From positions 1-64,000 of the forward strand of contig JAMDHS010000026.1 in assembly GCA_029717555.1 (NCBI GenBank): a stretch of 64,000 nucleotides of DNA, given 5' to 3'. This document shows positions 37,001 to 50,400 of this stretch, one piece after another; the first letter of the stretch is position 1, and each line of letters begins with the position of its first letter. The notes beneath the pieces are model-generated. The model was not told the DNA's origin, made no database searches, and saw only the letters and a program-made list of their open reading frames with translations. Made by a program: the position numbers and the translations under genes. Origin of the DNA: Peribolospora baueri. Lineage: Eukaryota.

Positions 37001-40000
37001 CGAGAAAGCTTGGGACGTAAACGGGGAGATTGGGATCCGCTGCGACCATACGGAGAAGGTTGACGCGGTAGTGTCCGGTACGAGGGGAGATCGCTTTTCG
37101 CGGCCGGACCACCAAAACGTTGAACGAGCTCAGCAACAGAATCGGGGGACTTGCCGAGATTTTCTGATCCGCCAGGTACCTCGCCATCGGTGACGGAGTC
37201 GGCATCCGACTGACGGACGGATGCAAGCTGTGCTAAAACATTCCCCTCGCTGCGTGTACGTAGAGGCCGTGGTGCGCTTTCGACCCTGTCAGCCGCTGCT
37301 GACGGCGTTGAAGACAAGGAGATATCTCCAGCGTCGGTACGGGACAGCATGGGACTGGTCGATTCAGTACCGGTCACCTCATTGCCAGCGACAGAATCCC
37401 CACCGTCCGTCTGCGTCTCTGCCTTTTCGCTGAATTCGTCGGCTGGTACCGATGCCGGCGGCGTGGCAATTGGCTTTTCCACCAGTGAGTCCTTCTCCAC
37501 AAACAAACGCTTGAGATGAGAGGCCGTCAGACGCCGAATGTCCTTCTCCGCCGGAAGATACGTCTTCTCAAAGTCGGCGAAATCGAGATCCCACTGCACG
37601 ACCTTCTCCTGAAGGAGCAGTCGGACCGAGGTGAGCGATAGAGTGTCCGTGACGGACGATCGTCGATACTCCTTGACTAATGCATCGTTCACCGTCCGCC
37701 TGTCATTCTCAAGTCGAGTAGTCATGTCGACCAGGAGGGAACGGGCCTTCTCGTCCTCCAGCCTCTCACGCCCAAGAGCTTTGATGCGAGCAACGACCGA
37801 GTCGAAGTAAGCAGCGGCTTTACGCGACACCCACATGTATTCGTCGTTCTTGATCCGGACGTCAGCGCGGACGCGCAACCGTGCTGGTGGGACCCGGACG
37901 TCCAGAATAGTGATGTTGTCGCTTTGAAATCGGACGGCCAGGTTGCGATATGCGAAGTAACGTACGTGTTCTCGCCGGACGTCGTGTGACTGTTCGACCA
38001 TGAAGGAAACAAGGTCAGGCACCCAATTCGTACTAGCCATCAAAAAAAGCTCCACTTACGCAGATGTCTGTCCGGCAAACACCGGCGGGGTGGAAAGTTA
38101 GATCCAAATACTTGGCGAAAGAGTATGCCCAAGTCTCCTCGCTCATGGGAACGATCGTGGTGGCGATCTCGCAGATGGTGCAATAGCTCCACATTAGGAT
38201 CCTGTCTTCCATTCCCGGAAGAGGGCAAACGAAACGCTCGGTGATGACCTGGACTCGGGTCGCCTCGTGAACGTAGTTGTAAAAGTGCAGCGCTCGAGGT
38301 CGATCGCACGTCTTGCTTGGACACGGCTTGCCAGCGTTGTCGCACAATCCTTCAAGATATTGTCCCAAAGTTTCGTCTCCGCGACCGTAAAAGTCAAAGC
38401 TCTTCATTAACGGGCCTTCACATGGACGGAGCGTGACGGCTGAAACGGTTGACACAAGCACCACGAGCTTTTGATGATCGAGCGGATCAATGTCCGGGAG
38501 CTTTCTTCGTTCCGTTGCCCACAGCTTCAGGTGCTGGGTGTATTGTTCTGCGACTGTGGCCACGTCGTCCCCATCGTCGACGTCCTCAGGTTTGAGGAGA
38601 ACGGAAGCCAGATCAACAGACGGCTGTGAATTAGCGCCATCCTTTGACGTAATGGTCGCGACCGACGACGCTGGCGACAGGGCTGGGCCTTGGCTGATAT
38701 CATCTGCCGCCTGAGACGCTGTGTCCCTAGGAAAGAACTGAAGACCAGAGCCGTCGACGACCACGGTGGCATCGCTGGCGAAAGACGCCTCGTTCGCGCC
38801 CGCCGCCCTCACAGATCCTCCCGCCGCGTCGATGGAGTCGCCATCGGATACTGATGAGCTCGCTGCAAAACTCAACTCCTCCCGAAGAATCCGGGCTGCT
38901 TCTTCCTCTTCATGCTTCCTCGTCACTTCGATCAGCCGTTCCTCTTCTTCGCGGGCGCGCACCAAGAGATGAGGAGGACCAGTGCGCACCAGCGCTGAAG
39001 CAGACAAGATGGTCTCTTCGAATGGACGAAGAGAGCAGTCCACGTCGACGCCGTTTATCTTGCGCTCAGCCAGCACACGCTGGGTGGCCGACAGGGATTG
39101 AGGCGAAGGACGACTTTGCAGCTGACCAGGCGAGGATGGAGCGGGTGCGCCACACATTAAGGACGAGACGGGTGGCATGATGGTGAGCTCGTCACGCATA
39201 AGGTGCGCCTCAAGCTTAAGGTTCCAGACTGCGAAGACGAGAAGATGCATGACGACCTTGACCCTCCTCAGCGTCTCCGAGTCGGCACCTCTGATGATCA
39301 GGGTACATCCAGACTTCCTCGGACAGCCCTCGAAGCGGATGAAAGATCTGCGCTTGGTGCCTTTGCCCTTCATGCGGTAAAGGTAGGTCTGCACGGAAAA
39401 GGACGAGCAGCGGCCAAGTCGCGGCTCGAGCGCAAGCCTATCTACGGATGAGATGATGTCGGCCTGCGTCGCGCGAGCCACCGCCTCGATCGTAGACGCT
39501 TTGACATCCTTGATAACGGAGACGTTGGCGTCGTTGAGGAAGTCGAGAGCGAGGCGAGAAACTTGCTTCTCCACCAGAACGAGGTGAGGGCGGAGAGCGA
39601 CAATGCGAGCGACGAGGCTCTGCAGATAGCTCCTCTCCTGGTTGAGCAACGCGTCCAAGCTCATGAGGCGCGGGTTGTCAGTCCGATGATAGTCGAGAGG
39701 GAAATTGAGAAGCATGATTCTAGGGTGGTGGATCTGCCGCGCCATTCGCTTCGAAGCAACATTCTTGGAGCTGACATATCCATTGACGTACTCGCTTTGC
39801 TCGACGGAGCCGCCAGGAATGCGTTTGATCTTGACGAAACGGCGGATATCGATGCTGTCTCCGCCTCGCACGTCTGGGCGCACGTTACGTGCAACCTGGA
39901 GCAGCAGGTTCATAAGAGGATCTTCCCATAAGGCGGCCTGCGAAACGCCAGCTCGTGAGAGGGCTTGGCGAACCATGCGCCTCAGGTGCTGCATGGAAGC

Positions 40001-41763
40001 GGGGCCTAGCTCGAACTCGCCGGACGCTGCTCCCAAGGCTCTAGAATCTCGTCGGGCACGTTCGGCAGCCTCTGCCAATGAGGGAGGAGCAGTCAACTCC
40101 TCGAAAGCGGCCGCCCTAGACGAGGTACGAGACCTCAGGCGAGACCGCTTGAATGCTCCGCCCCGCGCGTCGGAGTGCAGGCGCGACCTAGCCGGCGTGA
40201 TGTTAGGCAGATTATCGAAACCGTCTTCCTCTGCATCTTCTGCCTTGGGGAACGGAACGCTTGAGCTCGGCTCATCGCCAGCTCCAAACGGGATCTGGTT
40301 GAACGACCCTCCTTCCAAGTTGAGCTCCGGCCGAACGGCATGCTCGCCGCGGCTTTCCGTTACCGGAGAAGGACTGCCTTCCTCTCGCACGTCCGGAGTC
40401 TCGCTCAATTCCAGAGGCACCCGGTCCTCGTCTGCTAGGCTCCGTCGGAACGGTGCCGGTCCATCTGGCTTGCCCATTGTTGTAGAGCCGTCTGGCGGAG
40501 TGACAGGTACCGAGTCGAAGCCGTCCACGTCGCTTTCAATCTCGAGGGGATACGAGGACGAGAACAGGTTGGAAGCAGAGAACTGAGCGTGGGGTGATCG
40601 CACCTGGGCCTCTAGCGGCGCAGAAATGACCGGCCGAGACGATGTCCTAGGCCGGCTTGGGGCGATGGAGGCAGTGTCCGCGGTGGTATCCCGATCGTCG
40701 TCGTAATCCTCAATCATGCGCAGACAGAAGTTGCAAACTCTGATCATCTCGTCGTGACCGAACCGGGCGCCAGAAATGATGTTCGACGCGCATCGAGAAC
40801 AGAAGATTTGCCCGCATATTCGGCAGTCTGCCCGGCACATATACATGACGAGTCGGTGTTAGCTACGACCATCCTTCCGGCGTCGGCTATGAGTAACTTA
40901 ACTCACGATGTTTGCGGCGAAGAGGGGAGAAGACGCTCAGACTAGCCATGAAGCAAGGATAGTAAATCCAGTCAGCTTCCCGAGAATCAGCAGTCTTTAT
41001 GACAGTACTACATCACTTACCACTCCCTGCATTCCTTCGCAGCCTCGTCGGGCATCCAGAACTTCTTCGTCAGTCCCTCACGTCTAAGCTTGCGAATGAA
41101 GGCAGCCGAGCCCTGGTCCCTCTCTCTGGGGTTGATGGAAGAGACGGTGCGAACGCTCCGCGCGTCTTCCGCCAAAGTCTCCTTTGAGAGCGGGAAGCCG
41201 GGAATCGTGGAGAAGTTGCGGAAGAAAGGTAGATCGGAGGAGGTGAACGCGTCACCGGAGCGTGGCGAGGGAGGAACTTCGAAGGAAGCTTGATCAGGCG
41301 AGTAAGAAGGCTCAGTGGAGAGCACGGGCGAGCGTGCGAATGAGACGCTGTTGTTGGTGCGATGGCTCATGACGGGAGTCAGAGAAGCGACGGGGACGGC
41401 TGCCGCGATGGGCCGGGGCATGAGTGGACGCCTGGAAGCGAAGGCGGAGGACCGTGCGGTGGCCGAAGCGACCCGCTTGGGCGATGCAGCCGACTCGTCC
41501 TCCGTGCCACTCATTCCGCTCATGGCAGACATTGCACTGGCCTTCCTCGCGGCGATGAGAGACTTGTTCGTCGAGGAGGGGGAGGGGATAGGTGCTACAT
41601 CACCGGCTGAGCCTGGAGGTCCTTGGGCGAACGATTTGACCTTGGTTGACACGGCGGCCAGCAGGCTGCCGAGCTTGAAAGACGGCTCTGCTTCGTCATC
41701 CTCGGTGACGAAGCCGAAGGAGGTCAACGTCGGCCTTTCTTGGTCACTCGCCTCCGTCGACAT
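34037..41763 (-). CDS. FAB1: 1-phosphatidylinositol-3-phosphate 5-kinase Fab1/PIKfyve; 12 exons
   Basis: FYVE ([32 protein letters not shown]), CCT-like domain (VKIKRIPGG), Cys-rich region ([21 protein letters not shown]) and PIPK domain ([40 protein letters not shown]). Confidence 0.96.
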
Positions 41764-42158
41764 GGCGAGTGAACGGGTAAGCTGGCGAAGCTGAGAATCT
41801 ATCGCGATGGAGGTCCGACTCCAACCAGCCAACGTCCGCCGCCATCGTCGCCTCAACATGGCCCATGCTCCGCGCGCTCCTTGCCGCAGCCGATTGCCTC
41901 GTGCGGGGGTTGCTTTGTTGATCCTCGTTGCATCGTTTTCATCACGTCTTCCTACACACAGGTCCGCCGGGGCCCTACTCATCGGGTTCCTGCCCGTCTT
42001 CTTGAATGCCGCCTTCCATTTTCTTGTCTCATATATAGCCACTCGGTTCAGTTCACTCAGCTTGGGCGACCCTCTTGGCAGAGCATCGTCGGCGAGCTTG
42101 TTACTCCGACCACCACACCGACCGCCACACCCCTTCCCCCACGGTAGTCTCGTGCGAC

Positions 42159-44678
42159 ATGGGCGTCCCTGGTTTATGGAGAGAGTTGGAAGGGGCATCA
42201 GAAAAGCGAGTATTGTGACGCTATGCCTTTGCAATTGATACGCCGTCTGAGACTCTTATCTTCCCTCTCTTGGAAAACGCAGACAAGCTCTGGCCCGGAT
42301 CGCTCTCAATGCATTCGAGAAGAACGAGAATGGCATGCGTGGCTTGCGCATTGGAATCGATGCTTCTGTCTGGTTCTTTCACGCTGAGAAAGGCCAGAAC
42401 GGCGCGTGAGTCTGTAAGACCGCTGCTGAACATGCAGACGACGCGACTGAACCAAACTGTTCTCGTCGTTCTTTGCTCAGCGACCCCGCCCTCCGCGTGC
42501 TTTTTTTCCGTCTTTGCCGTCTTCTCTCCCTATCCGTCCTCCCTCTGTTTGTGTTTGACGGCCCCAAGCGGCCTATGTTCAAGCGTGGCAAGCAGATCAA
42601 GGTCTACTCTGATCCGCTCATTCCACCGTTCAAAGCCATGATCGCTGCATTCGGCTTCGAATGCCGGCAAGCGCCGGGAGAAGCAGAGGCAGAGCTTGCC
42701 TGGCTCGACATTATCAACGTCATTGACTGCGTTATGACGGACGACGTCGACGCGCTGGTGTTTGGGGCGAAGATGGTCATCCGAAAGTGGGTATTTGTGG
42801 TAAGAGGGCCCTTTTCCGGTACGAGGCTTACGAACCGCATTGTCTGTCGCCAGCTGGGGCGAAAGGCCGTCTGTTGCTAGAACGGCCACACCAGCTCGAA
42901 GAAAGGGAAAGATCACAGATGAACAGGCATCATTGGGCCTCAGAGATAACGCCACCAGCGAAGACGACCTCGACCTCGATATCGGCGCAACACAGGCTGC
43001 CGTCAAGCCAAAGGCCGACATCCACCAGGTCCGCACATATCGAGCCCTGGACGTTAAAGCCGTCACCGGTCTCTCTCGCTCCGGACTCATTTTGGTAGCT
43101 CTCATGTCGGGAGGCGACTATGACGTCGAAGGCCTCTTCCGGTGCGGGCCTAAAGTCGCCGTCGGCCTTGCTCAAGCGGGATTGGGAGAAAGTCTCATCG
43201 AAGCCTATGAGAAGTTCGGAGACCAGGCTGAGGAATGGGATATTTTCCTCGCAAAGTGGAGGGATGAGGTGCGACGAGAGCTGAAAACTAACTCGCGAGG
43301 ATGCCTCAGCAGGAAGGAGCCAAAGCTAGCGTCGAACCTTCCCGACACTTTCCTTTCTGCTGCTTCTCCTTCCACGCGGTCTATCCTGGAGGACTATGTC
43401 CGTCCGTTGACCTCGGGAAAAACACATCCGAACAGGTCGACGCCAACCTACTCATGGTCCGACCCTGACGTGACCGCTCTGGCGTCTTTCGCTCAACGCC
43501 ACTTTGACTGGAGCCCGATCTCAGTGCTCATGCGCTTTCGCTCCGTTCTATGGCCGGGAGTCGTCGTGCAGATGTTGAGGCGGAACGCATTGGAGAACGA
43601 GCGAGCGCCATGGGCAGAAGTCGCTCCTACCCCCGAGAAAGAACCAAGTTGTTCTTTGCCGTTGCAAGAGCGGCCGAAGAAATGGAACAAGAAGGACAAG
43701 AAGGACTGCCCGATGCATGCGTCTCCAAAAGCCACCCGTATCGCTAGCTTTTTTGCAAAAGTCAGCCTCGACACGGCAGCGAAGACTACGGAAACTGGAC
43801 AACGAGGTCGACACGATGCGTCCCGGACCGAGGTACCCGAAGAGGATACGCCATCTTCTCGTCCCTCTCAGAACAACCTTCTGATCGCAATTCATTCCTC
43901 GCGACAACACCCGAGCACTGGCGAGGTTCCGGAATATCGGGTCTCCATATGTCCGCAGTGTCTCGTGGACGCAGCGAAACGAGGAATCGACCGCTTCCCT
44001 CCTGAGGCGCTCCCCCAGTCTGATCTAGAAGACGTACCTTCAAGCGACGACGACAAAGGCAGAGACAGAAGGACAGATTCCGACGGCCGACCCATGAGCA
44101 GAGGCGAGACTAAGCGCCAAGTGCAACCGGGGGAACCACTGCGTCTTTGGGTCCCGATTGCATTGCTCGAGCGGGACGTCCGTGGTGCTGGACTGCGTCT
44201 GTGCAAAGCGTACCGCGCGAAGGGAGAGGAGAAGGAGGAGAAAAAGCGACGTGCGGCTGAGAAGAAGCGGCAGAGGGCGGCAGACAAGGCCTCGAAGGGA
44301 GGCCAGGCTGGCATGGCGCAAGCCACTCTCGATGCTTTTTTTTCCAAGGGCAAACCTTCTACGGCAAACACAGCGGCGCCTGCCTGCAATGTTGAGGCGA
44401 AGCGGACGCCGCGACGACTTCAGGAGACTCTTTTGCTACCTCCGAAGCGGCCCATCCCGTCCTCATCCGGGCCGTCCAACCGTTCTGACGTATGTCAATC
44501 GAGCCCCGAGTCGACGCCGCCATCGGAGTCGTTGAACAAACCAAGTCGCAAGTCTCTCCGTAAGAACAAGAAGGCGACGGCGCGGGACGGTGACTCTCGG
44601 ACTTCAAATGGCCCTTTAAGGGCCGCGTCGCCGTCCCCGTCGCAACGAAAAGCTTCTGCTGCACGCGCAGACGCATGA
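42159..44678 (+). CDS. XPG/Rad2-family nuclease, GEN1/Yen1-like Holliday-junction resolvase; 4 exons (frame continues to 44915 after a TGA)
   Basis: MGVPGLW, RIGIDASVW, LFVFDGPKRP, APGEAEAELA, MTDDVDALVFGA, ALMSGGDY..GLFRCGPKVA; the acidic catalytic residues are present. Introns 42206-42282 (GC donor), 42406-42480 and about 42787-42853. Confidence 0.88.
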
Positions 44679-45369
44679 GGGAGAACGCAGGCCGTGGGAC
44701 TAGAGACTCGGCCTATTCGCCGTGGCGGGCAGCGGAGGCTGGAACTGGCGTCGTCATCGCAGATAACGTCGCCAGTCCATCGCACGAAGGCTCCCCTCGC
44801 CGCCCTCGGTCTCGCGGTGAAGCCGAAGCCTCCGCCCTCCCCCATAATCACCAGCGCCGAGGTGGTCGTTATTACAGATAGCGAGGACGAAGTGGTGGAT
44901 CTGACGCAGCTGTGAGCAATCTTGCTTCCAGGGGAAGGCGTGCGGATGGCGAACGGAACCTACAGTAAGTAGCGCGGACAACGCTGAGGCTATGAAGAGC
45001 GCACTGGCCCCTCATATGTCGCTGAGGTTCATCCTCCTTATCATCCTTCCGTCTATCACGGTGAACGTGCATAGAAGGACGCGACGCCGTTCCTGTGCAC
45101 GTGCTTACCAGAACAACGCTGAATCGGACGGGACGGAGTTAAGGATTGGCGCGGCTTCGACCTCCCGATCGCTTCGGCCGAGAAATTTAGCCGCAGAAGC
45201 TTTGTCGACTTCCAGTGTTGACTTCCAGGGACGCTCGCTGGGAATATCCGGGCGACGATGGGTCCGTCATCTGCTTTAAAAGGCGGTCGCCATCAGGCAG
45301 GGAGGCCATTGCAATCTATTGTTTCGCCAGCGCACTCTCTCTCCTTCCCTACTTCTGCCGTATTCAGCC

Positions 45370-46729
45370 ATGTACAAGAACATCGTGGTCATAGGCGGAG
45401 GCTTCGCAGGTAGGCAGGCATCCTTGCTGACGTCGACGAGACACTAGCTTCGTCGCCCGCTCAATCGCTCCATCCCTTTTTTCTCCCTGTACCTGCAGGT
45501 GTTCACGCGGCCAAAGCACTTCAAAGCGCCAAACTCGGAGAAGGCTGGCGCATCATCGTCGTCGAGAAGAGAGAGTTCGCCCATACCCCGTGGGCCGACT
45601 TGCGAGCATCTGTTGTCCCGGGCGAAGGGTGGGAGGACAAGGCCGTGCACTCGTACGATGGTCTTTTCCCGTCTGGCTCGCCGCACGTCTTGTTGGCGGG
45701 GAACGAGGTGGTGGAGATCGGAGAAAGAGAAATTCAGCTGCGTCGGCCGGTCGAAGGAACTGACCTCGGCAACGGACCCGATCACGACAAGGTCTCGTTT
45801 GAATATCTCGTCCTCGCGACCGGTTCGTACGGACAAGCGCCTTTCGACGCCAAGGGGGACGTCAAAAGCGAAAATTTCGTCAATTCTCTTCGAACGGTGC
45901 AGGAGGAAGTGGCCCGCGCCAACAGCATCTTGATCGTCGGAGGTGGTCCTGTTGGAGTCGAGTTCGCAGGAGAGGTCACCGATTTCTACGACGGCAAGGG
46001 CCGACCTGCAAAGGAGATCACGCTGGTCGACTCGCACGAACGCTTGCTTCCCAACCTGAAACCCTCCGTTTCTCAACGTGCCCTTCGGGTCCTCGAGTCC
46101 AGAGGCGTTCATGTCCACCTGGGCGTCAAGGCTGACATTCATGGCCTCCAGTCCGGCCCTCAAGGCGAGAAGCGACGAATTGGCTTGAGCAATGGTAAGG
46201 ATGTGGAGGCGGATTACGTACTGGTGAGCCGAGGAGGGGCGGTGCCGAACAACGCGCTCGTAGAAAAGTTCGGGCGGGACATGCTCGATGCCAACGGAAG
46301 GGTGAAGGTGCGCCCAACCCTGCAAAGCGAGAAGTACGACCACATCTTTGTCGTGGGAGACATGACCGGCACGGATGAACGTGAGTGCTTCCATTTGCAT
46401 TTCCCGTCTCCTCCCTGTGCGCCCTTCTTACTCTCTGGCACCGTTGATTTGCATGTCTCTGTGTCGTCCATTTCGCTCTCACAGCAAAGGCCGCTATTCC
46501 GATCCGCGACCATGCCAAGGTGGTGGCCAACAACGTTGGTTCCCTCATCCTCGGCCGCGGCGCAACAGCGGAACATAAACCTGCGAGCTTCACGACCATG
46601 CTCCTCCCCTTCGGCAAACGCGACGGCTTTGGTCAGATTTTCGGCTGGACGCCGCCGATCTTTATGATCGTGTGGCTCAGAAAAATGGCGCTTGAAAGCT
46701 TTCCAAAGGCGATCAGTGCGAAGGCTTAA
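45370..46729 (+). CDS. AIF/AMID-like FAD/NAD(P)H-dependent oxidoreductase; 3 exons
   Basis: Introns 45410-45498 and 46381-46484. Motifs NIVVIGGGFAG, YLVLATGS, ILIVGGGPVGVEFAGE, VRPTLQ...IFVVGD. Confidence 0.9.
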
Positions 46730-47411
46730 TGATTGGAAAGAGAGGCTCGGACCGACGGTGGCGTTATGATGGCTCTGGCCATGATGTTGTTGTCTAATAG
46801 AGTTCCTTCGTCGGTCGCCCTTCAACTGTGATTTCACATACAACCTCGCCACAGACGGTGGCCATACCGTGGGAATTGGTCCGACTGCTGTGTAATACCA
46901 TTGCGTCCACGCTTCTTCCTGATGAATATATATCACGTTATCCTCTCAGTCATATTCCAAATCACACAACAACGCTCCTATATTTTAACACTTGTCGACA
47001 CTGCTTCACCCTGTCTAATTATAAACTTCTTTCTTGGGCTGTGGCCTTGTTCGGCCGCCCAGATCGAGCTTTGGTGCGGTAGCGTGCGAGCGTAAAGTCA
47101 ACTAACTGGACCGACGTCGAGCGCGAAAGGCAACCGGCGCCAAATTCACGGCGAGCACGACGAACGCAAAAAAAGCCGTGAGAACGATCTCGAGCTGTGT
47201 CTTCGACACCAGATAAGAACTGCGACTGCGGATGATAGAGTCTGCTGCGGCGACCTCATGAACCCTCGAGAAACACGGTTCTGGTTGAGCAAGGCTCGAT
47301 CAGACACAGGGACGTCAAGGACGACGACGCTGACGACCGGAGCGAAATGTTCCTTGTCGACACACATTCTCCATATTTCCATAGACGAGCGAATACCGTG
47401 CCACCACTAGC

Positions 47412-50400
47412 ATGCTCTCAATCACTGAACACGCCTCTTCCTCTCGCAATCCTTCCCACCCCAGCGACTTGCACGCCCACGCGCTTCTCCAACTCCGCAC
47501 GCTCTTCCCAACGGCCGATCCAGACTACCTCATCCACGCTCTCTCCTTCTACCGCTCCACCGCGAAGAGCGTGGATAACCTCGTCTCCCGAGTGAGCGAG
47601 AAGGTGCTAGAGGGAAATTTTGGCGTGTTTCCGACTGTCGTTTTGGATAGGCAGGGTCGGGTTGATGAGACGAGAACGAGGAATAGAGATCTGTGAGCGG
47701 CGCCGGCGGTCTCCTTCTGCGGACGGTTCAAGGGCTAGTTATACGTTCCGCTGAAGCACTCACGAGCCTCTATATCCTCTCTTACAGTCTCACCCTCAAT
47801 GAACTCTTCGGCCACCTGCCTGTCTCCCTCCTGCGAAGGACTCTTCTCGACGTCCCTCACAGCGGCGTCTACGCCGCCGTGCGCCAAATCACGTATCTTC
47901 TTTCAAACCCGAAATCTCATCATTCCCGGAAGAGGAGCTCTGCTTCGACCGCTCAAGGCCCAAAGAGGTCCAAGGGAAAGCAGAGAGCTCTCGACCATCG
48001 CGACGAGGAAGAGATCGACATGTGGGCGTTCCTCGAGGACGATCTCGGACTTGAAGACCAGGAACTTCGAGCGAACGCACAAAGGTTTATTGAAAAGGGA
48101 GCCATTGATGCTGGAGAGGCATCTACATCTTCTCGTGGGACCGTCTCCAAATCCGTCTTTGCAGGCTTTCTACAGCTCTTCCCCGCCAACGTTCTCCCTC
48201 GAAGCGCTCTCACTCCTCGTTCCTCAATCCCCCTGCGCTCCAAACCCGGCTCTCTCCACCGCGTCGACCTTTTCCGATCGTCGTCTTATGTCTCTGCTTG
48301 CCTCTCTTTGCTCTCTTACGAATTCCCTTCCCTGAGCATCGACACCATTCGAGGCGTGATGACAGAGGCGGGAGATGACTACTCGACGAGCTGGCAGCAA
48401 TGTGACACGATGGAAGAGGGGAATGGGGCGAGGACGAGCGGGTGGTTGAGAGGGTGGACGAGGTGGTTCGGAAACGTCACGGAGGGCAACCCAGAGGTGA
48501 TTCAGAGAGCTCACACGCATCGAGGCAGCAAGCCGGACCGAGCGTGGTCGGAATTCGTCATTGATGACAGAGAGCTGGAAAGAGAAGTTTGGGAAGCGCG
48601 TGCAGCGGAAAGGACGAACATGGTCATCGCGGATGAGGAGTTTGCGAGGGTGAGGTTTAGGCTTTCCTTCCCGTTTCGCCACGCAGTTACATACTGAAGC
48701 TGATAAACCACGTTTTTCGCTCCCCCGTCCGTCGCTGGACGACCACTTTTTTTTTTCTTAAAGGAGCTCAACCGAACCCCTCTCTATACACCTCACCTGC
48801 TCGAATGTGAATGCTGCTTCGGCGATTACGCTTTTGAAGACCTCGTGGCGTGCACCACAGGATCCCATCTCTTTTGCCTCGACTGCGTGTCCCGCCACGT
48901 GCGAGAAATCGTCTTTGGTCAGGGCAAGGGTCGACCCGTTGCGCCTGTCATTCGCGGGTCTGCTCCCCAGCGTCGAGGCAACGCAGGCAACGCAGGCGAA
49001 GGTGACGGAGATGAAAGTATTCATTCTGGATGGATCGGCTGCATGTCCGCCAATGCAAACTTGGAATGCGGCGGTACGTTCAGCGATCTCGCCCTCCGCC
49101 GTGCGCTCCCTCCAGACGTCTACGTGGCTTACGAACGGGCTCTGGCGCAGAGGGAGATCGATGCCTTATGCGATGGCCCAGGCGGTGCCGCCGAGGTTGT
49201 CGAGGGCAACTCGAAGACGATACAGAAAGTTCAATGCCCTTTCTGTCCTTATGCAGAGCTCGACGACGAGGATGTCATGTCCCTTATGCGGTGGGGAAGA
49301 CGAGGCGCTTCGTCCCTGGCCTGCAAAGCCGAAAGCGGATCTGCATACGACGGAGACAATGACGACTTCAACTCGGCTTTGCTCCACCTCTGCGATATTA
49401 TCCTGCGACCACTCGCCTTAAGCACGCTATGCGCCGTCCTAGCCGCACTCGTCATGCTTTTTGCGCCGCTCTACACGCTGCTGGTCGGTGACGCCCTCTT
49501 CCCTTCCGCCTCGTCTCCGAAGTCGTCCTTGTTCTACCTCCTTCCAGAGCACTCTACTTCCTTCTCTCTCGACCACCTGAACGGCCTATTGTCACAGGCC
49601 TTCAACCCTAGGCTTGTTTTCACACGCGTGTGCAGGTATCTGGACAACATTTCCAGGCGCGTGCTGAGGGCTAGAAGGGGGACCATCTTCAGATGTCGCA
49701 ACCTACCTCAAGGCGCTGAGGCATTGCCGGCCGAAGACGGCCAGACGGGCGAGCTCGCGAAAGACTCCGCTCGCGCCACGTCGATGTATCCGCACACCAT
49801 CCCACTGTGGTCGTCTGTCTACCCTTCCTTCATACCGCCCGAGGCTTTCCCCACCGCCTCCAACACGGTCACGTACTGTGGCCGTCTCTCCTGCCTCCGC
49901 TGCTCTCGGGAGTACCAAGGTCCCTCGCACACGTGCTTTGAGGACGAGGGACAGGCCCTCCGTCTGGCGGTTGAAAAGGCCATGGCAGAGGCTGTCAAAA
50001 GAGTTTGTCCCAGGTGTGGTGTTTCTTTCGTTAAGAGCGATGGATGTGAGTGACCTCCGCTTCCGTTTGTCAGCGCCTTGCGTTCTCCTGTCCCGTGGGC
50101 CATCCTGCACACGACATGGACGCAATCTCACCTTGCTGTTCCCTTCCTTTCTTAACTATCCTCGACCGCTGACCGACTCACCCACTTCCTATGAATCCTC
50201 CTCCGGGCTATGGTCCGTCCACAACACATCCTTTCCTCCTCGTATTCAACGGTTGAACAGGCAACAAGATGGTCTGTCGTTGCGGCTTAGCGATGTGCTA
50301 CGTCTGTCGATCACCCTTGACAAACGGGTACAAGCACTTTTGTCAACACTTCCGCCCGCGGCCTGGGCCTTGTCTCATGTGCGATAAGTGGGTTCGACTT

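Noticed and set aside
44676..44678. Stop-codon reassignment as the cause of the internal TGA
   Set aside because: TGA, TAG and TAA all act as normal terminators in other conserved genes here.
46718..46729. C-terminal -AKA of the AIF-like oxidoreductase as a PTS1 signal
   Set aside because: Does not match canonical (S/A/C)(K/R/H)(L/M), and there is no TGA-CTA readthrough context.
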